DNA from: Chiloscyllium plagiosum
Taxonomy: Eukaryota
Assembly (NCBI RefSeq): GCF_004010195.1
Contig: NC_057754.1
Span: 3,846,925-3,910,924 of the forward strand
DNA: 64,000 nt
Direction: 5' to 3'
In this document: positions 24,139-37,304 of the stretch, one piece after another
Numbering within the stretch: position 1 is the first letter of the stretch
Layout: the number at the start of each line of letters is the position of its first letter
Notes under the pieces: model-generated
What the model saw: the letters and a program-made list of their open reading frames with translations, nothing else
Database searches by the model: none
What the model was told of the DNA's origin: nothing
Position numbers and translations under genes: made by a program

Positions 24139-24340
24139 NNNNNNNNNNNNNNNNNNNNNNNNNNNNNNNNNNNNNNNNNNNNNNNNNNNNNNNNNNNNNN
24201 NNNNNNNNNNNNNNNNNNNNNNNNNNNNNNNNNNNNNNNNNNNNNNNNNNNNNNNNNNNNNNNNNNNNNNNNNNNNNNNNNNNNNNNNNNNNNNNNNNNN
24301 NNNNNNNNNNNNNNNNNNNNNNNNNNNNNNNNNNNNNNNN
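24139..24340. other. Assembly gap
   Basis: N run. Confidence 1.
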
Positions 24341-25349
24341 GGGGGGCCGGAGGAGGTGACCGAGACAGGGAGGGGGTCTTGGGGGGCCGGAGGGGGTGAC
24401 CGAGACATGGATTTGACTCTGTTGTAAACACATGAAGATATGAACGAGCATCTGGCAATGGGCACTCGTTTGCTCTGGCCTGCTCCCCCCAGTGCGTAAG
24501 ATCCTGCCTCCTCTTCCACCCTGCTCTGTGAATTACGAATATATCTCCCTCTGCCTTAGAAGTATTCCTGGCTGTTACTTCCACCTACTTTTGGGATGAG
24601 AGTCCCAATGATCAATGACAGAGTTGTTCTCCACATTGTTTCCACATTTTAAACTATAGTTCCAGGTTTCATTTCAAAGTGGAATTGAACCCAGTCTGTT
24701 GGCATCCCTCTACACTTCAGAGCAGCTGTCTCATAACTGAACCCTTAACACAAGATACCAATGCAACACACTGGTTCAATTCACCCGCCATTTCCTCATT
24801 TTCCAAAGCTATGTTTGGAATTAAAGGATGTACCGTTTAATTTGTTTATTGATCGTTAATCATTTGTTTGCCACTTGGAGTCATTGAGCTGCACAGCACA
24901 AACCGATCCTTCGGTCCAACTCATCATCCGTGCTGACCAGATATCCTAAATCAATCTAGTGCCAATTCCCAGGATTTGGCCCACATCCCTCTAAACCCTC
25001 CCTATTCACCGAGTCATCGAGCAGACCTTTTGGCCCAACCAGTCCATGTCAAACTTAGCAATAATCCTGAACTAAACTAGTTTCACCTGCCTGCTCCCGG
25101 CCCACATCCCTCCAAACCCATTCCGACTCCTGTCATACGAAATAAGCTTTTTCCTGGCTCGCTGATGAAATCTAGTGCGGCTTTTGCTTTTGCCTTAGAG
25201 AGTGGTCACGGGTAGGCATTAAGTATCCAAGAGATTAAATTAATATTTCGCACTTTTGACCTAATTTCCGGAAATTTCAAGGCGCGGACAAAGGAATCGA
25301 ACCGAGGAAGGGAAGTGGGAGTGATTAAAGCAGTATTTGACCGAGCACA

Positions 25350-26900
25350 GTGTTTAGCCTTTCATCAGGAGAGGATTTGAGTTCAGGAGCAATTGTGCTT
25401 TCCTGCAATTGTTCACTGGCCTTTGTGAGACCACTCCTGGAGTATTGTATGCAGTTTTTATCTCCGTATCTGAGGAAGGATGTTCTAGCAATGCAGGGAG
25501 TTCAGGGAGGGTTTCCCAGACTGATTCCCGGGATGGGTAGGACTGACTTATGAAGAGAGACTCTCAATCAGTTAGCACCAAATTCACTGGAGTTTAGAAG
25601 AATTTATTTGCGGGAGGGGTGGGGGGAGGCATTTGCAATTTTAACAGCAAAATTGGAGGTGTCGTGGACAGCGAAGAAGGTTACCTCAGAGTACTGCGAG
25701 ATCTTGATCAGATGGGCCGAAATGTGGAAGATGGAGTTTAATCTAGATACACGTGAGGTGCTGCATTTTGGAAAGGCAAATCAGGGCAGGACTTATACAC
25801 TTAATGGTAAGGTCCTAGGGAACAAAGAGACCTTGGAGTGCAGGTTCATGGCTCCTTGAAAGTGGAGTTGCAGGTGGATAGGATAGTGAAGAAGGCATTT
25901 GGTATGCTTTCCTTTATTGGTCAGTGCATTGAGTACAGGAGTTGGGAGGTCATGTTGCAGCTGTACAGGATATTGGTTAGACCACTGTTGGAATACTGCA
26001 TTCGATTCTAGTCTCCTTGCTCCAGGAAAGGTTGTGAAACTTGAAAGGGTTCAGAAAAGATTTACAAGCACGTTGCCAGGGTTAGAGGATTTAAGTTACA
26101 GGGAGAAGCTGAACAGGCTGGGGCTGTTTTCCCTGGAGCGTCAGAGGCTGAGGGGTGACCTTATAGAGGTTTATAAAATCATGAGGGGCATGGATAGGAT
26201 AAATAGGCAAAGTCTTTTCCTGGGGTCGGGGAGTCCAGAACTAGAGGGGCATAGGCTTGGGTGAGAGGGGAAAGATATAAAAGAGACCTAAGGGGCAACT
26301 TTTTCACGCAGAGGGTGGTACATGTATGGAATGAGCTGCCAGAGGAAATGGTGGATGCTGGTACAATTGCAACATTTAAGAGGCATTTGGGTGGGTATAT
26401 GAATAGGAAGGGTTTGGAGGGATATGGGCCGGGTGCTGGCAGGTGGGACTAGATTGGGTTGGGATATCTGGCCAGTATGGACGGGTTGGACTGAAGGGTC
26501 TATTTTCGTGCTGTATATCTCTATGACCGTATGACTCATAGAAACCTAGAAAATTCAACCTGAACTTGACAGAGTAAAGGCAGGGAGGATTTTCTCAATG
26601 ACTGTGGAGTCTAGAACAGAGGGTTACGGTTTAAGGGTACACTGTTGGCCATTTAGGACTGAGATGAGGAGAAATGTCTTCACCCAGAGAGTGGAATTCT
26701 CTTCCACAGAAAACTGTTGAGGTCAAAACATTGACTGTTTATGAGCTGGAGTTTGATATAGTTCTGAGAGCTAAAGGGATTAAAATGGTACGGGGGTGGG
26801 GGGGGAAACGGGACGTGAACGGAGAACTGAGTTGGATGGTGATCCATGGTCATGTGGAACAGCGGAGCAGACTTGAAGGAACTTCAGCTCTTATTTACCA
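25350..26900 (+). mobile_element. CR1-like LINE fragments
   Basis: LERVQKRFT...[13 protein letters not shown]...VWNELP remnants. Confidence 0.85.
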
Positions 26901-27039
26901 TGTGGGAACAAGGAGACCGAGCGGATTGAGTCAGTGGGCGTCAGGAGGGAAGGTCTCCGCTGGTTAGAAAGAACAATGCTGAGGGGGGGTCACTCATCTC
27001 CTCCCCAGGACACCTCAGGGAACGAACAAGCTTGAGTGA

Positions 27040-27695
27040 ATGAATTTATTGTCACGTGTACCGAGACACAGTGAAAAGCTTTGTCTTGCGAGCAATACAG
27101 GCAGGTCACAGAGTTAAGTAGCGTAGATAGTAAATAATAGGTAAACAGCAGCAAAAACAAAAACACAGGGACAGGCGAATGTTTGTGAGTCCATTCAGTA
27201 TTCTAACAGCAGTAGAGTAGAAACTGTTTGGAAACCGGCTGCTGTGTGTGTTCTGGCTTCTGTACCTTCTCCCTGAGGGTAGAAAAACATTGCCAGGGTG
27301 GGCTGGATCTTTGAGAATGCTGGCGGCCTTTCTTTGACAGCGAGCCTGGGAGATGGATTCTACAGATGGGAGGTTGGCCTTTGTGATTGTCCGGGCCGAG
27401 TTCACCACTCTCTGTACCCGTCTCCGATCCTGAATGGGACAGTTGCCGTACCGGGTAGTGATACATCCAGACAGAATGCTCTGGATGGCGCACCTATAAA
27501 AGTTGGTAAGGGTATTCGCCGTCATGCCAAATTTCCTCAGCTGCCTGAGGAAGGAGAGACGTTGTTGGGCCTTTGTAACCAATGCGTCCACATGAAGAGT
27601 CCAAGAAAGCTTGTGGATGACCCACTCCCAGGAGCCTGACACTCTCCACTCGTTCCACCTCTGTGCTGTTAATGTGTAGGGGGGGGCATGAGTAA
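27040..27695 (-). mobile_element. Rex1/Babar-like LINE 3' fragment
   Basis: KAQQRLSFLRQLRKFG...NFYRCAIQSILSGCIT...LPSGRRYRS...NSFYSTAVRILN. Confidence 0.75.
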
Positions 27696-28249
27696 CCACC
27701 TTCAGCTACTTCACCAGTGGCCTTCCCTCCATCATAAGGTCAGATGTGAGGGATTGATCGTTGCATAATGTTCAGCATCATTTAAACTTCTCAGTCACTG
27801 AAGCAGCTCAGATCCACATGCAGTGAAGTCTGGGCCCCCTACTGACTTGAGTTGATAATTGACAAGAAACATGCACACTATAGAAATGTGGTTATAAAGA
27901 TGTGCAACATACATTCGGAAATTTGGATTTATACTTTAGAGGGCTTTGGTTTCAATTCTGTGAAGATTACCTTTTTTTTAAATGTGGTCAAAAACTCATT
28001 TGGATCAGTGAGCTAAATACATAATTTCCAATACCGTCTTCACTTTATTTAAGTGTCTGGCAGGATAATTGATTAAATGTTTATACTTGGCAAAAGTGAT
28101 GAAGGGCTTTTGCCCGAAACATCGATTTTCCTGCTCCTCGGAGGCTGCCTGACCTGCTGTGCTTTTCCAACACCACTCTAACCTCAATGTTTATACTGCT
28201 GAGTTTATGACAAAGAAACTAGGCCGAGGGCTCCTTAGATTTGACTTCA

Positions 28250-28930
28250 GTTCAGAAGAATTGGGTTCAAGTACATAATTCTTTGAAGTTTGCATCGTAG
28301 AGAGGTTAAGAAGGCATTAACACACTAGCCTTCATTGCTCAGTCCTTTGAGTGTAGGAATTGGGACATCATGTTGGGGTTGTACAGGACATTGGTGAGGC
28401 CTCTTCTGGATCACTGTGCCCGGTTCTGGTTGCCCTGTTACAGGAAGGATATTATTAAACTGGAGAGGGGTCAGAAGGGATTTACCAGGATGTTGCCAGG
28501 AATGGAGGGTTTAAGATATGAAAATAGACTGGATAGGCTGGGACTTTTTTTGTAGGAGGTTAAAGGGTGACCTTATAGACGTTTAAAAACTCATGAGGGG
28601 CATGGATAAGGTGAATTGCAGGGGTCTTTTCCCCAGGGTGGGAGATTTCAATACAAGGGGGCATATTTACAAGGAGAGAGGCAAAAGATTTAAAAAGGAC
28701 ATGAGGGGCAACATTTTTGACACAGAGAGAATGAACTTCCCGAGGAAGTGGTGGATTGTGGGTACAGTTACAACATTTAAAAGACATTTGAATAAGGACA
28801 TGAACAGGAAAGGGTTTGGAGGGATATGGGCCAGGAGCAGGCAGGTGGGACTGGATTAGTTTGGGATTATGGTCGTCATCGACAGGTTGGGCCGAAGGGT
28901 CTGTTTCTGTGCTGTGTGACTCTATAATTG
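28250..28930 (+). mobile_element. CR1-like LINE fragment
   Basis: LYRTLVRPLLDHC...KDMRGNIF remnants. Confidence 0.8.
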
Positions 28931-29630
28931 GGAGTTCAGGTCAGAACAGCAAAAGAATCATGTTTAATTTCAAGAGAACAGTTCCCATCTTGGCTGAAGA
29001 GTTTTAATTTGTCAGATCTGTGTAGGAATTTTCAAATTGCCAGAATTGATGCCATTAAACTCTTTCAGCAGGTCAAGAACGAAACAGGAACTAATCAGAA
29101 CTAATCAGAACTCAGAAATTAGAGTTGAGACAGGAGTAATATTTTTCTGGCATTATCTGTAAAGCTACATTGGTGGGAAAAACACACAACTTTGTTTAAT
29201 TATTTATATTGAGATCTTTCTAAACGTTCATATATAGCTTTGTAAAAAAAAGCTCTTCTATGTAATAAACTTGTGTTCTTGCGTGAAAGAACATTGGCAG
29301 CCTCATCTGAATACTGACCAACTGTAGCAGTCTCCTAGCTGCTGAAACACAGATAGGTTGCTAACTTGGCCAAACAGCAAGGAATGCTGGGTACATTGGC
29401 CAAGTAAAACCGAAATCACAAAACCCACACAACCAGAGCAAACACAGCAGGCAGATGCTAATGATATTAGCATAATGGAAAATGCAACAGTTATTCAGCA
29501 CAGAATTACCCCCCCCCAAAAAAAACTTAACTACGAAACAAAGGAGAGCCCAGACCGAAAGGCACTGGGTCCTGCTACACAAAGAAAGAGACAGTAGCAA
29601 GCCATCCAAATCACTGAACACTGATTCAAA

Positions 29631-29667
29631 CTACCTGATGAAGGAGCGACGCTCCGAAAGCTAGTGC
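29631..29667 (+). ncRNA. Minimal hammerhead ribozyme motif, second family
   Basis: tac-CTGATGA-A-GGAGC-gac-GCTCC-GAAAG-CTA-gtg. Confidence 0.6.
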
Positions 29668-31250
29668 TTCCAATTAAACCTGTTGGACTATAACCTGGTG
29701 TTGTGTGATTTTTAACTTCAAACTATTAAGGATATCTCCCTGTTTGACCAGAACCACAGAAAATTCCAAACAAAAACATCTAAAAAGTCCAGAAACAGAG
29801 TTCAGCTGCAGACCTCTCTCTCAGAACTGCTCTTGGAATCATCTGAGACCTTCTGAGGAGGCCACCTTGGCAAGAGGCACGGACCAGCTGACTATCCAGA
29901 GAGAGAGAAGGAGGGGAAAGAAAGCAGCTTTGCAGAGCCACAGATAGACATAGAGAGAGAGAGAGACAGAAAGAGACAGAGAGAGAGAAGAAAGCAGCTT
30001 TGCAGAGACACAAAGAGAGAGAGAGAGACTGTGTAAATTTACTCAGGAAGTATTGTAGCCTTAAGGGGCCGAATAAAGTTGGGGATAGTATTGTTTAGTA
30101 TTAAAGATTACTGTAACTTTGTTCCTAATAAAGTTGGGATTGTTTCACATTGGTACTGACTTGTGTATGTATTGATTTGACCGCTTTGGTATTGTAGGAC
30201 ACCTGTGCAAATTCATTCATAACACCCTGGTCGGAGTTGTCTTGTAACTTGTTTGAAGAGGAATTGAACAACACGACCACACAGCACAGAAACAGTCCCT
30301 TCGGTCCACACCACCACAAAAGTCAACCTCCAAAATTAAACTTACGGTCTATGAAGACAGGTTTCACTTTGGGATCTGACCTATCTGGGAATTATCATTA
30401 ACCGGGAGCAAACCAATTGCAAAGCCATGGTCATGACCATCTCCAACTAGACAGAGATTAACTGTCACCCCCTTGACATTCAATAGCGTTACCATCATCG
30501 AATCCCCCATAATCCACGTCCTCGGAGTTACCATTGACCAGGAACTGCAGCCTTAGAAATATTGAGTACGAAAACAATGAAGAGACTGTGAATCCTCTAG
30601 TGAATAACTCATCTCCTGACTCCCCCAAAGCCTGTTCGACATCGACAAGGCACAAGTCAGGAGGGTGAGGGAATACTCCCCACTTGACCCTGGATGGGGG
30701 GGCAGCTCCAACAGCACTCAAGAAGCTTGATACAATTAGGACATTAGAAAGGCATCTGGATGGGCCCATGAATAGGAAGGGTTTAGAGGGACATGGGCCA
30801 ACTGCTGGTGAATGGGACTGGATTAATCTGGGAAAGCTGGTTGGCATGGATGAGTTGGACCGAAGTGAACAGTTGAACAAAGGAATAGATAATGGTCAGC
30901 CTGACAGAACGGACGACTGCTAATGGGAGATTGTTTGTGGCTAACCATGGGTAGTGTGTAATAGCAGACCGTCTGATAACAATTACATCATTTAAAAGGC
31001 ACCTGGATGGGGACATGAATAGGAAGGGTTTAGAGGGAGATGGGCCAAGGGCTGGCAAATGGGACTAGATTGGGTTGGGACATCTGGTCAGCACAGACGA
31101 GTTGGACTGAAGGGGGTCTGTTTCTGTGCTGTATGTCTCTATAACTCTAAGGCCTGCTGGAGACCAAAACAGCCTGTGGATGCTGCAAGTCAGAAACGAA
31201 AACAGAAATAATTGGAAAAGCTCAGCAGCACCAGGGTCCCAGGTTCAATG

Positions 31251-31530
31251 GGGCGGCACGGTGGCTCAGTGGTTAGCATTGCTGTCTCACAGCACCAGGG
31301 TCCCAGGTTCGATTCCAGTCACACTGTCTGTGTGGAGTTTGCACATTGTCTGAGTGGGTTTCCTCCGGTTTCCTCCCACAGTCGAAAGGCTGGATGGATT
31401 GGTCATGGTAAGTTGCCCATAGGTTAGGTGTGTCATTCAGATGGAAATGGGCCTGGGTGGGTTACTCTTCGGAGGGTCAGTGTGGACTGGTCGGGCTGAA
31501 GGGCCTGTTTCCACACTGTAGGGAATCTAA
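31251..31530 (+). mobile_element. HE1-like V-SINE
   Basis: tRNA-like head, partial V-domain and tail. Confidence 0.75.
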
Positions 31531-32041
31531 TGTTTCGGCGCGGGTGACCCCTTCCCAAGAGACTCTCTCGATTCCAGCTCTGACCGGACCCCGAAAACTC
31601 CTGATTCCTCTCGGCGGGTGCTGGCAGACCTGCTGAGCTCTTCCAGCAATTTCTGATACCCTTTCGGGGTGGGGGCAGTGAGGAAGGTACAGGGGATGTA
31701 GGTGCCTGGAGCCCAGGCTGACCAGATATCCTCGGTTCAATCAGTCCCATTTGGCCCATATCCCTCCAAACCCTGTCCCCATCCATTCTTAAGATCCTAA
31801 TTGAGTGCAGGAGGCTGGAGAGTTCCCAATGGAGTATTGGAAAATGTTTTGTGTTGGAAAACAAATAGATCTCCCACCCCAGCCTCAATACCCCTTTTTT
31901 TTTAAGAGGACTTAAGACATATTTCTGCTCCTCGGATGCTGCCTGAACTGCTGTGCTCTTCCAGCACCACTAATCCAAAACATTTCCCTCCCTGTCGATA
32001 TATATATTTTTTGTGAATGAACATGGGCCAGTGGAACGTAG

Positions 32042-32541
32042 NNNNNNNNNNNNNNNNNNNNNNNNNNNNNNNNNNNNNNNNNNNNNNNNNNNNNNNNNNN
32101 NNNNNNNNNNNNNNNNNNNNNNNNNNNNNNNNNNNNNNNNNNNNNNNNNNNNNNNNNNNNNNNNNNNNNNNNNNNNNNNNNNNNNNNNNNNNNNNNNNNN
32201 NNNNNNNNNNNNNNNNNNNNNNNNNNNNNNNNNNNNNNNNNNNNNNNNNNNNNNNNNNNNNNNNNNNNNNNNNNNNNNNNNNNNNNNNNNNNNNNNNNNN
32301 NNNNNNNNNNNNNNNNNNNNNNNNNNNNNNNNNNNNNNNNNNNNNNNNNNNNNNNNNNNNNNNNNNNNNNNNNNNNNNNNNNNNNNNNNNNNNNNNNNNN
32401 NNNNNNNNNNNNNNNNNNNNNNNNNNNNNNNNNNNNNNNNNNNNNNNNNNNNNNNNNNNNNNNNNNNNNNNNNNNNNNNNNNNNNNNNNNNNNNNNNNNN
32501 NNNNNNNNNNNNNNNNNNNNNNNNNNNNNNNNNNNNNNNNN
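32042..32541. other. Assembly gap (500 N, probably a placeholder size)
   Basis: N run. Confidence 1.
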
Positions 32542-33025
32542 AGGGTTCAGAAATGATTTGCAAGGATGTTGCTGGGATTGGAGGGTTTGAGCTACAGGGA
32601 GAGGCTGAACAGGCTGGGGCTGCTTTCCCTGGAGCGTCGGAGACTGAGGGCTGGCTTTATAGAAGTTTATAAAATTATGAGGGGCAAGGATAGGGTGAAT
32701 AGACACGGTTTTTTTCCCCAGGATCGGGGAGTCCAGAACCAGAGGGCATATGTTTAGGGTGAGAGGGGAAAGATATAAAAGAGACCTAAGGGGCAATTGT
32801 TTCACGCAGAGGGTGGTGTGTGTATGGAATGGGCTGCCAGAGGAAGTGGTGGAGGCTGGTAAAATTTAAAAGGCATCTGGATGGGTATATGAATAGGAAG
32901 GATTTAGAGAGATATGGGCCAAGTGCTGGCAGGTGGGACTAGATTGAGTTGGGATATCTGGTCGGCAGGGGCGGGTTGGACCGAAGGGTCTGTTTCCGTG
33001 CTATACATCTCTATGACACTATGAG
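32542..33025 (+). mobile_element. CR1-like LINE 3' end
   Basis: EGLSYRERLNRLGL...EVYKIM followed by a typical 3'UTR. Confidence 0.85.
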
Positions 33026-33159
33026 AAGTCAGTGGTGTGTTGATATTAAACGTGAGAGGGGTTAATGTTTTGTTGTTTGGGTCAACCTTCAGTCATAGTG
33101 ACTGACAGCAGAGAAACAGGCTGCAGCATTGGGTCCCAGATGGAGTCATTGTACCTGAG

Positions 33160-33195
<36 letters not shown>

Positions 33196-33689
33196 ACACG
33201 GTTAGGTCTGCACTCGGTAGTGTGCAGTGCACACAGGAACAGTCCAAACCTTTAGAAACACAGGGGGCTGGTATCCAACATCAGCATGGCCAATACTGCT
33301 TTAATTTAGCAAGTTTTCGTTTCTTTGCACAAGTTTCTGTTCGACAGCTGATTTATGTTATATCATACAGTGTCCCAATAGGGACTGTTTCGTTTTTTTT
33401 AAACTTTCTCTTCACAAGAGTAGAGGGAGCTTTACTCTGTATCTAACCCAGTGCTGTCCCTGTCCTGGAACTGTGTTTGATGCAGACAGTGTCAAGGGAG
33501 CTTTACTCTGTATCTAACCCTACACTGCCCCTGTCCTCGGAGTGTTTGATGGAGATAATGTTGATGGAGTTTTACTCTCAGTTTGAAAAAGCAGAAACAG
33601 TCCCTGCGGCCTGCTACGTCTGTGCTGATAAATAAACACCAAATGACACGAATGCGGTTTCCCTGAACTTGGCCTAAATGAGGGGAGAT

Positions 33690-34290
33690 AAGGTAGCTCA
33701 GTGGTTAGCACTGCTGCCTAACAGCGTCAGGGACCCGGGTTCGATCCCACCCTCGGGCGACTGTCTGTGTGGAGTTTGCACGTTCTCCCCGTGTCTGCGT
33801 GGGTTTCCTCCAGGTGCTCCGGTTTCCTCTCACAGTCCAAAGGTGTGCAGGTCAGGGTGAATTGGCCATGGTAAATTGCCCCATAGTGCCCAGGGATGTG
33901 CAGGTTAGGGTGGATTGGCCGTGCTAAATTGTCCCATAGTGCCCAGGGATATGCAGGTTAGGGTGGATTGGCCGTGCTAAATTGTCCCACAGTGCCCAGG
34001 GATGTGCAGGTTAGGGTGGATTGGCCGTGCTAAATTGTCCCATAGTGCCCAGGGATGTGCAGGTTAGGGTGGGTTGGCCATAGGAAATTGCCCTACAGTG
34101 CCCAGGGATGTGCAGGTTAGGGTGGGTTGGCCATAGGAAATTGCCCTGTTGTGTTCAGGGATGTGCAGGTTTAGGCGGTTAACCATGGGAAAGGCAGGGG
34201 CCCAGGGATGGGGTGGGTCTGGGTGAGATGCTCTCTGGAGGATTGGTGTAGCCTTGATGGGCCGAATAGCCCGCTTCCGCACTGCAGGGA
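33690..34290 (+). mobile_element. HE1-like V-SINE with an internally amplified ~46-bp unit
   Basis: SINE head plus about 6 tandem copies of cccagggatgtgcaggttagggtggattggccgtgctaaattgtcccatagtg. Confidence 0.8.
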
Positions 34291-34317
34291 GCCTCAGCCT
34301 TTGAAACCCTCCTCCAG

Positions 34318-34944
34318 GTGATTCTCACGTGAGGGCAGGAGTACCTACCCCCTACTTTGAGCCCATCCCCTTCCGTTCTTTGGTAAAGCTGGCATTGATG
34401 TCCTCTCCCCTTGGTAAAACCGCAGGGGACCACGCCAGGAATGGGGACCTGCTGGCCACCGACGCCAGCTCTGCCGAAAACCTACCTCAGGCTGGAGACG
34501 ACGGGAGCAGGGAGGCCGGTACTGACGATGTGGTGGAGCCCGGGCAATGGCGGCGGGGGCTGAAGAGCACGTGCCGGGCGCTGGTGGGCAGCGCTGCCAT
34601 GCTGGCCTCGGTGGCACTGGGCCGGGACCTGGAGAGGTTGCGTCTGCCGGAAGCTGAGAGGCCGGCCGGTGGCCGCAGCGCCCAGAGCTCGCCGCAGGTC
34701 ACGCACCGCAAGAAGGCGCGCAAGGACAATGATGACGACCGCAGCGGAGACCAGGCCGGGGACCTCATCTGCTTCCCCGTCCCCCTGCCGACCCCCACTA
34801 CCGGGAACCCTGCTGAGACACTCCCCCGTGTCACCCCAGGGGGTGCTGGAGAGCTGCTGCCGGGACCCCCTGTCACCCCCCGACGAGAGAGGAAACACGG
34901 GGACGTGGGACAGGCTACCGAGGGCTGCTGCGCCAAGACCAAAG
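34318..34944 (+). CDS. MAP3K11: MAP3K11 (MLK3) penultimate exon
   Basis: cctccag|...|gtgagg, 627 nt, phase 1/1; contains RALVGSAAMLASVALGRDL and LICF, matching human MLK3 RGTALLASLGLGRDL...PLICFS. Confidence 0.8.
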
Positions 34945-35520
34945 GTGAGGGAGTAGCTAAAGGCACCCAGTCCATTACCCACGCTTTTCAATGGGAGGGT
35001 CTGCTCCCTAATGAGGGTGCGGGTTTACAGGAAGGAGAGCCAATCCGGTCGAAGCCCTATGAGGGCGGACACTGCGAGGCCACCCCCTAAACCCTGGGCT
35101 GGAGTTCCCGGAGCCAGCAGTGTGGGCTGGAGAGGGAGGGAAGTGAGTGGGAAACAGTCTCAGAATGAGGAGTCAGCCACGTTGGGAGTGGGTTGAGGAG
35201 GAAGTTGAGGCCTGGGAGGAATTGGTTCACCTGAGGAGTCTGGGAGTGGGATGAGGAGGAATGAGGCCTTGGAGTGGGGTGGGGAGGAATTGAGGCCTGG
35301 GAATGTTTGGAATTCCCTGTCCCAGAGAGAGGAGTGGGTGGCTCGGGGTCGCTGAGTGCCTTCAAAACTGAGGGCCTTGAGTGGGTCGGGCGTCAGGCTG
35401 GGAGGCTGAAGCCGAGGAGCAGGCCTCGCGGTGTCAGGGGCGGGGAGGAGAGGTACTGGACAGGCCTCCGGTTCCCTGATTCCTAACATCTCTCGCTCTC
35501 TCTCTCGGTTCCTTTTTCAG

Positions 35521-36098
35521 GAAATGCATTCACCTGCGCCCCTGTGGTGAACCAGGAAAGTGTCGGCTTTCCCTCAGATCATCCCCATCGGAAGCCTTGG
35601 CCGCGGGCCGAACACACCAAGACCAGTGCCTTGCCCCGGCCGAGGCCATCCCGGGCCCGGGCCAGGATCGACCCCTGGAGCTTTGTGTCGGCCGGTTCAT
35701 GCGAGCCAGACCGGACGGCGAGCGGCCTCCCTCCTGAGCCTGAGGCGGCGGCAACGACGGCAATCCCTGACCCGTTCCAGCCACCCCTGGCAACCCCCCG
35801 CCTGACCAACCCGTTCGCCCACCCGGCCCCGGCCCCGTCTCCACGGCTTTGCCCCCCGGGGCCTTACAACCCCTTCGCCGTCGCTGTGGCGACCCCCAGT
35901 CACTGCCCGTTCCCGTCGCCTGCCTCTGACCCCTTCAGCGCCGCAGCGGAGAGAGCTGGTTTCTCGAGCTGCCCGCTCTCCGCACTGAGCCCCTGGGCCT
36001 CCTCGGGCAGGCCCCAGGCCTCCGCTCCAGCCCAGGCCGAGAGCCTGATCGACTTGGACACAGAGATATGGAGCAAAGTGGCCACCCCGCTGAGCTAG
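35521..36098 (+). CDS. MAP3K11: MAP3K11 (MLK3) last coding exon
   Basis: cctttttcag| acceptor in phase; PRPRPSRARARIDPWSFVSAG matches human MLK3 RPRPSPLRSRIDPWSFVSAG; DPF/NPF motifs; AATAAA at 37191-37196. Confidence 0.85.
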
Positions 36099-36621
36099 GT
36101 CTGGCGACGGGGGTGTGTGTGGTGGGGGAGAGGGGTGGCAAAGCAGGAACCAGGGTGGAGAGGGATTGGTGGTGGGGTAACTTGGTTACTGAATCTGTTC
36201 TCTTGAAGGACTGACCCACAGGGGGTCTTCCAGTACAGCCTCTGCCTCCCTCCACTGGGCCGAGCAGCCATTTTGTGTGAGGGAACAAGACAAAACAAAA
36301 TAAATCTCATGATTACTTTACAATCATGTGCTAGGCCCCACTCCCTCCACACCTACCATTTAATGTCCCGGAGTATTGGGTTTCTGTCCCCCGGAATCCT
36401 GGGCCGACCTCCGCCCATCCCTCTCTCATCGGCCGGTCAGAGGTTCTGTGTTTTCTTTTGGAGATGGGGGAGAGGGGAGGGGTGACAGCGGTGGAGGGTT
36501 GATCTGACGGGACAGGGTGGGATCCTGCTGAAGATACCGCTCGGTGAGGGGTCCTTCCTCAGGGTGTCTCCGTGATGTTTTCTGAAGTGTGATAACTGTT
36601 GGGCGGGCATGTTGGTCAGAC

Positions 36622-37066
36622 TCCTCGGTTACCGCCAGGCCCCAGTGCCACTTTCGGTTAATGCCAGGTCCCAGTGCCACTCTCGGTAACCACCAGGCCC
36701 CAGTGCCATACTTGGTAACCACCAGGCCCCAGTGCCACTCTCAGTTACCACCACGTCCCAGTGCCACTCGGTTACCACCAGGCCCCGGTGCCACTCTCAG
36801 TTACCACCACATCCCAGTGCCACTCGGTAACCACCAGGCCCCGGTGCCACTCTCAGTTACCACCAGGCCCCGGTGCAACTCTTGGTAACCACCGGGCCCT
36901 GGTCCCACTCTCGGTTACCGCAGGGCCCCAGTGGTCACACTTGGTAACCATCGTACCCTGGTGACATTCTCGGTCACCGCTGGGCCCCGGTGCCACTCTC
37001 GGTAAACCACCAGGCTGTGGTGCCACACTTGGTAACCACCGTGTCTCAGTGCCACTCTCGGTTACC
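36622..37066 (+). repeat. ~28-bp tandem repeat in the MAP3K11 3'UTR
   Basis: (ggtaaccaccaggccccagtgccactctc)n. Confidence 0.85.
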
Positions 37067-37304
37067 TACACGGTCATGGTTGAACCCGATTGGTGCATGT
37101 GAGCTCTCGGAGCCGGTCCTGCCTGAGCATTTTCATTATTTTTTTTAGAGAAAAGTAAGTTTATTAAAGAGGATTTAAAATTTATTATTAAATAAAATCT
37201 TTCAATATCTCATCACATGTCTGTCATCTTGGATTGCAAGCTCGTCTCACTGGGGGAGGGGTTACGAGTAAGGTATTGACAGCTCATCTTAGACCCCACT
37301 CTCT

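Noticed and set aside
29100-30420. Possible solo-LTR-like segments (also about 60700-61750)
   Set aside because: No paired LTRs, primer-binding site or coding remnants that I could verify by eye.
34482-34991. Antisense ORFs over the MAP3K11 exon
   Set aside because: Shadow ORFs of GC-rich coding sequence with no recognisable motifs.
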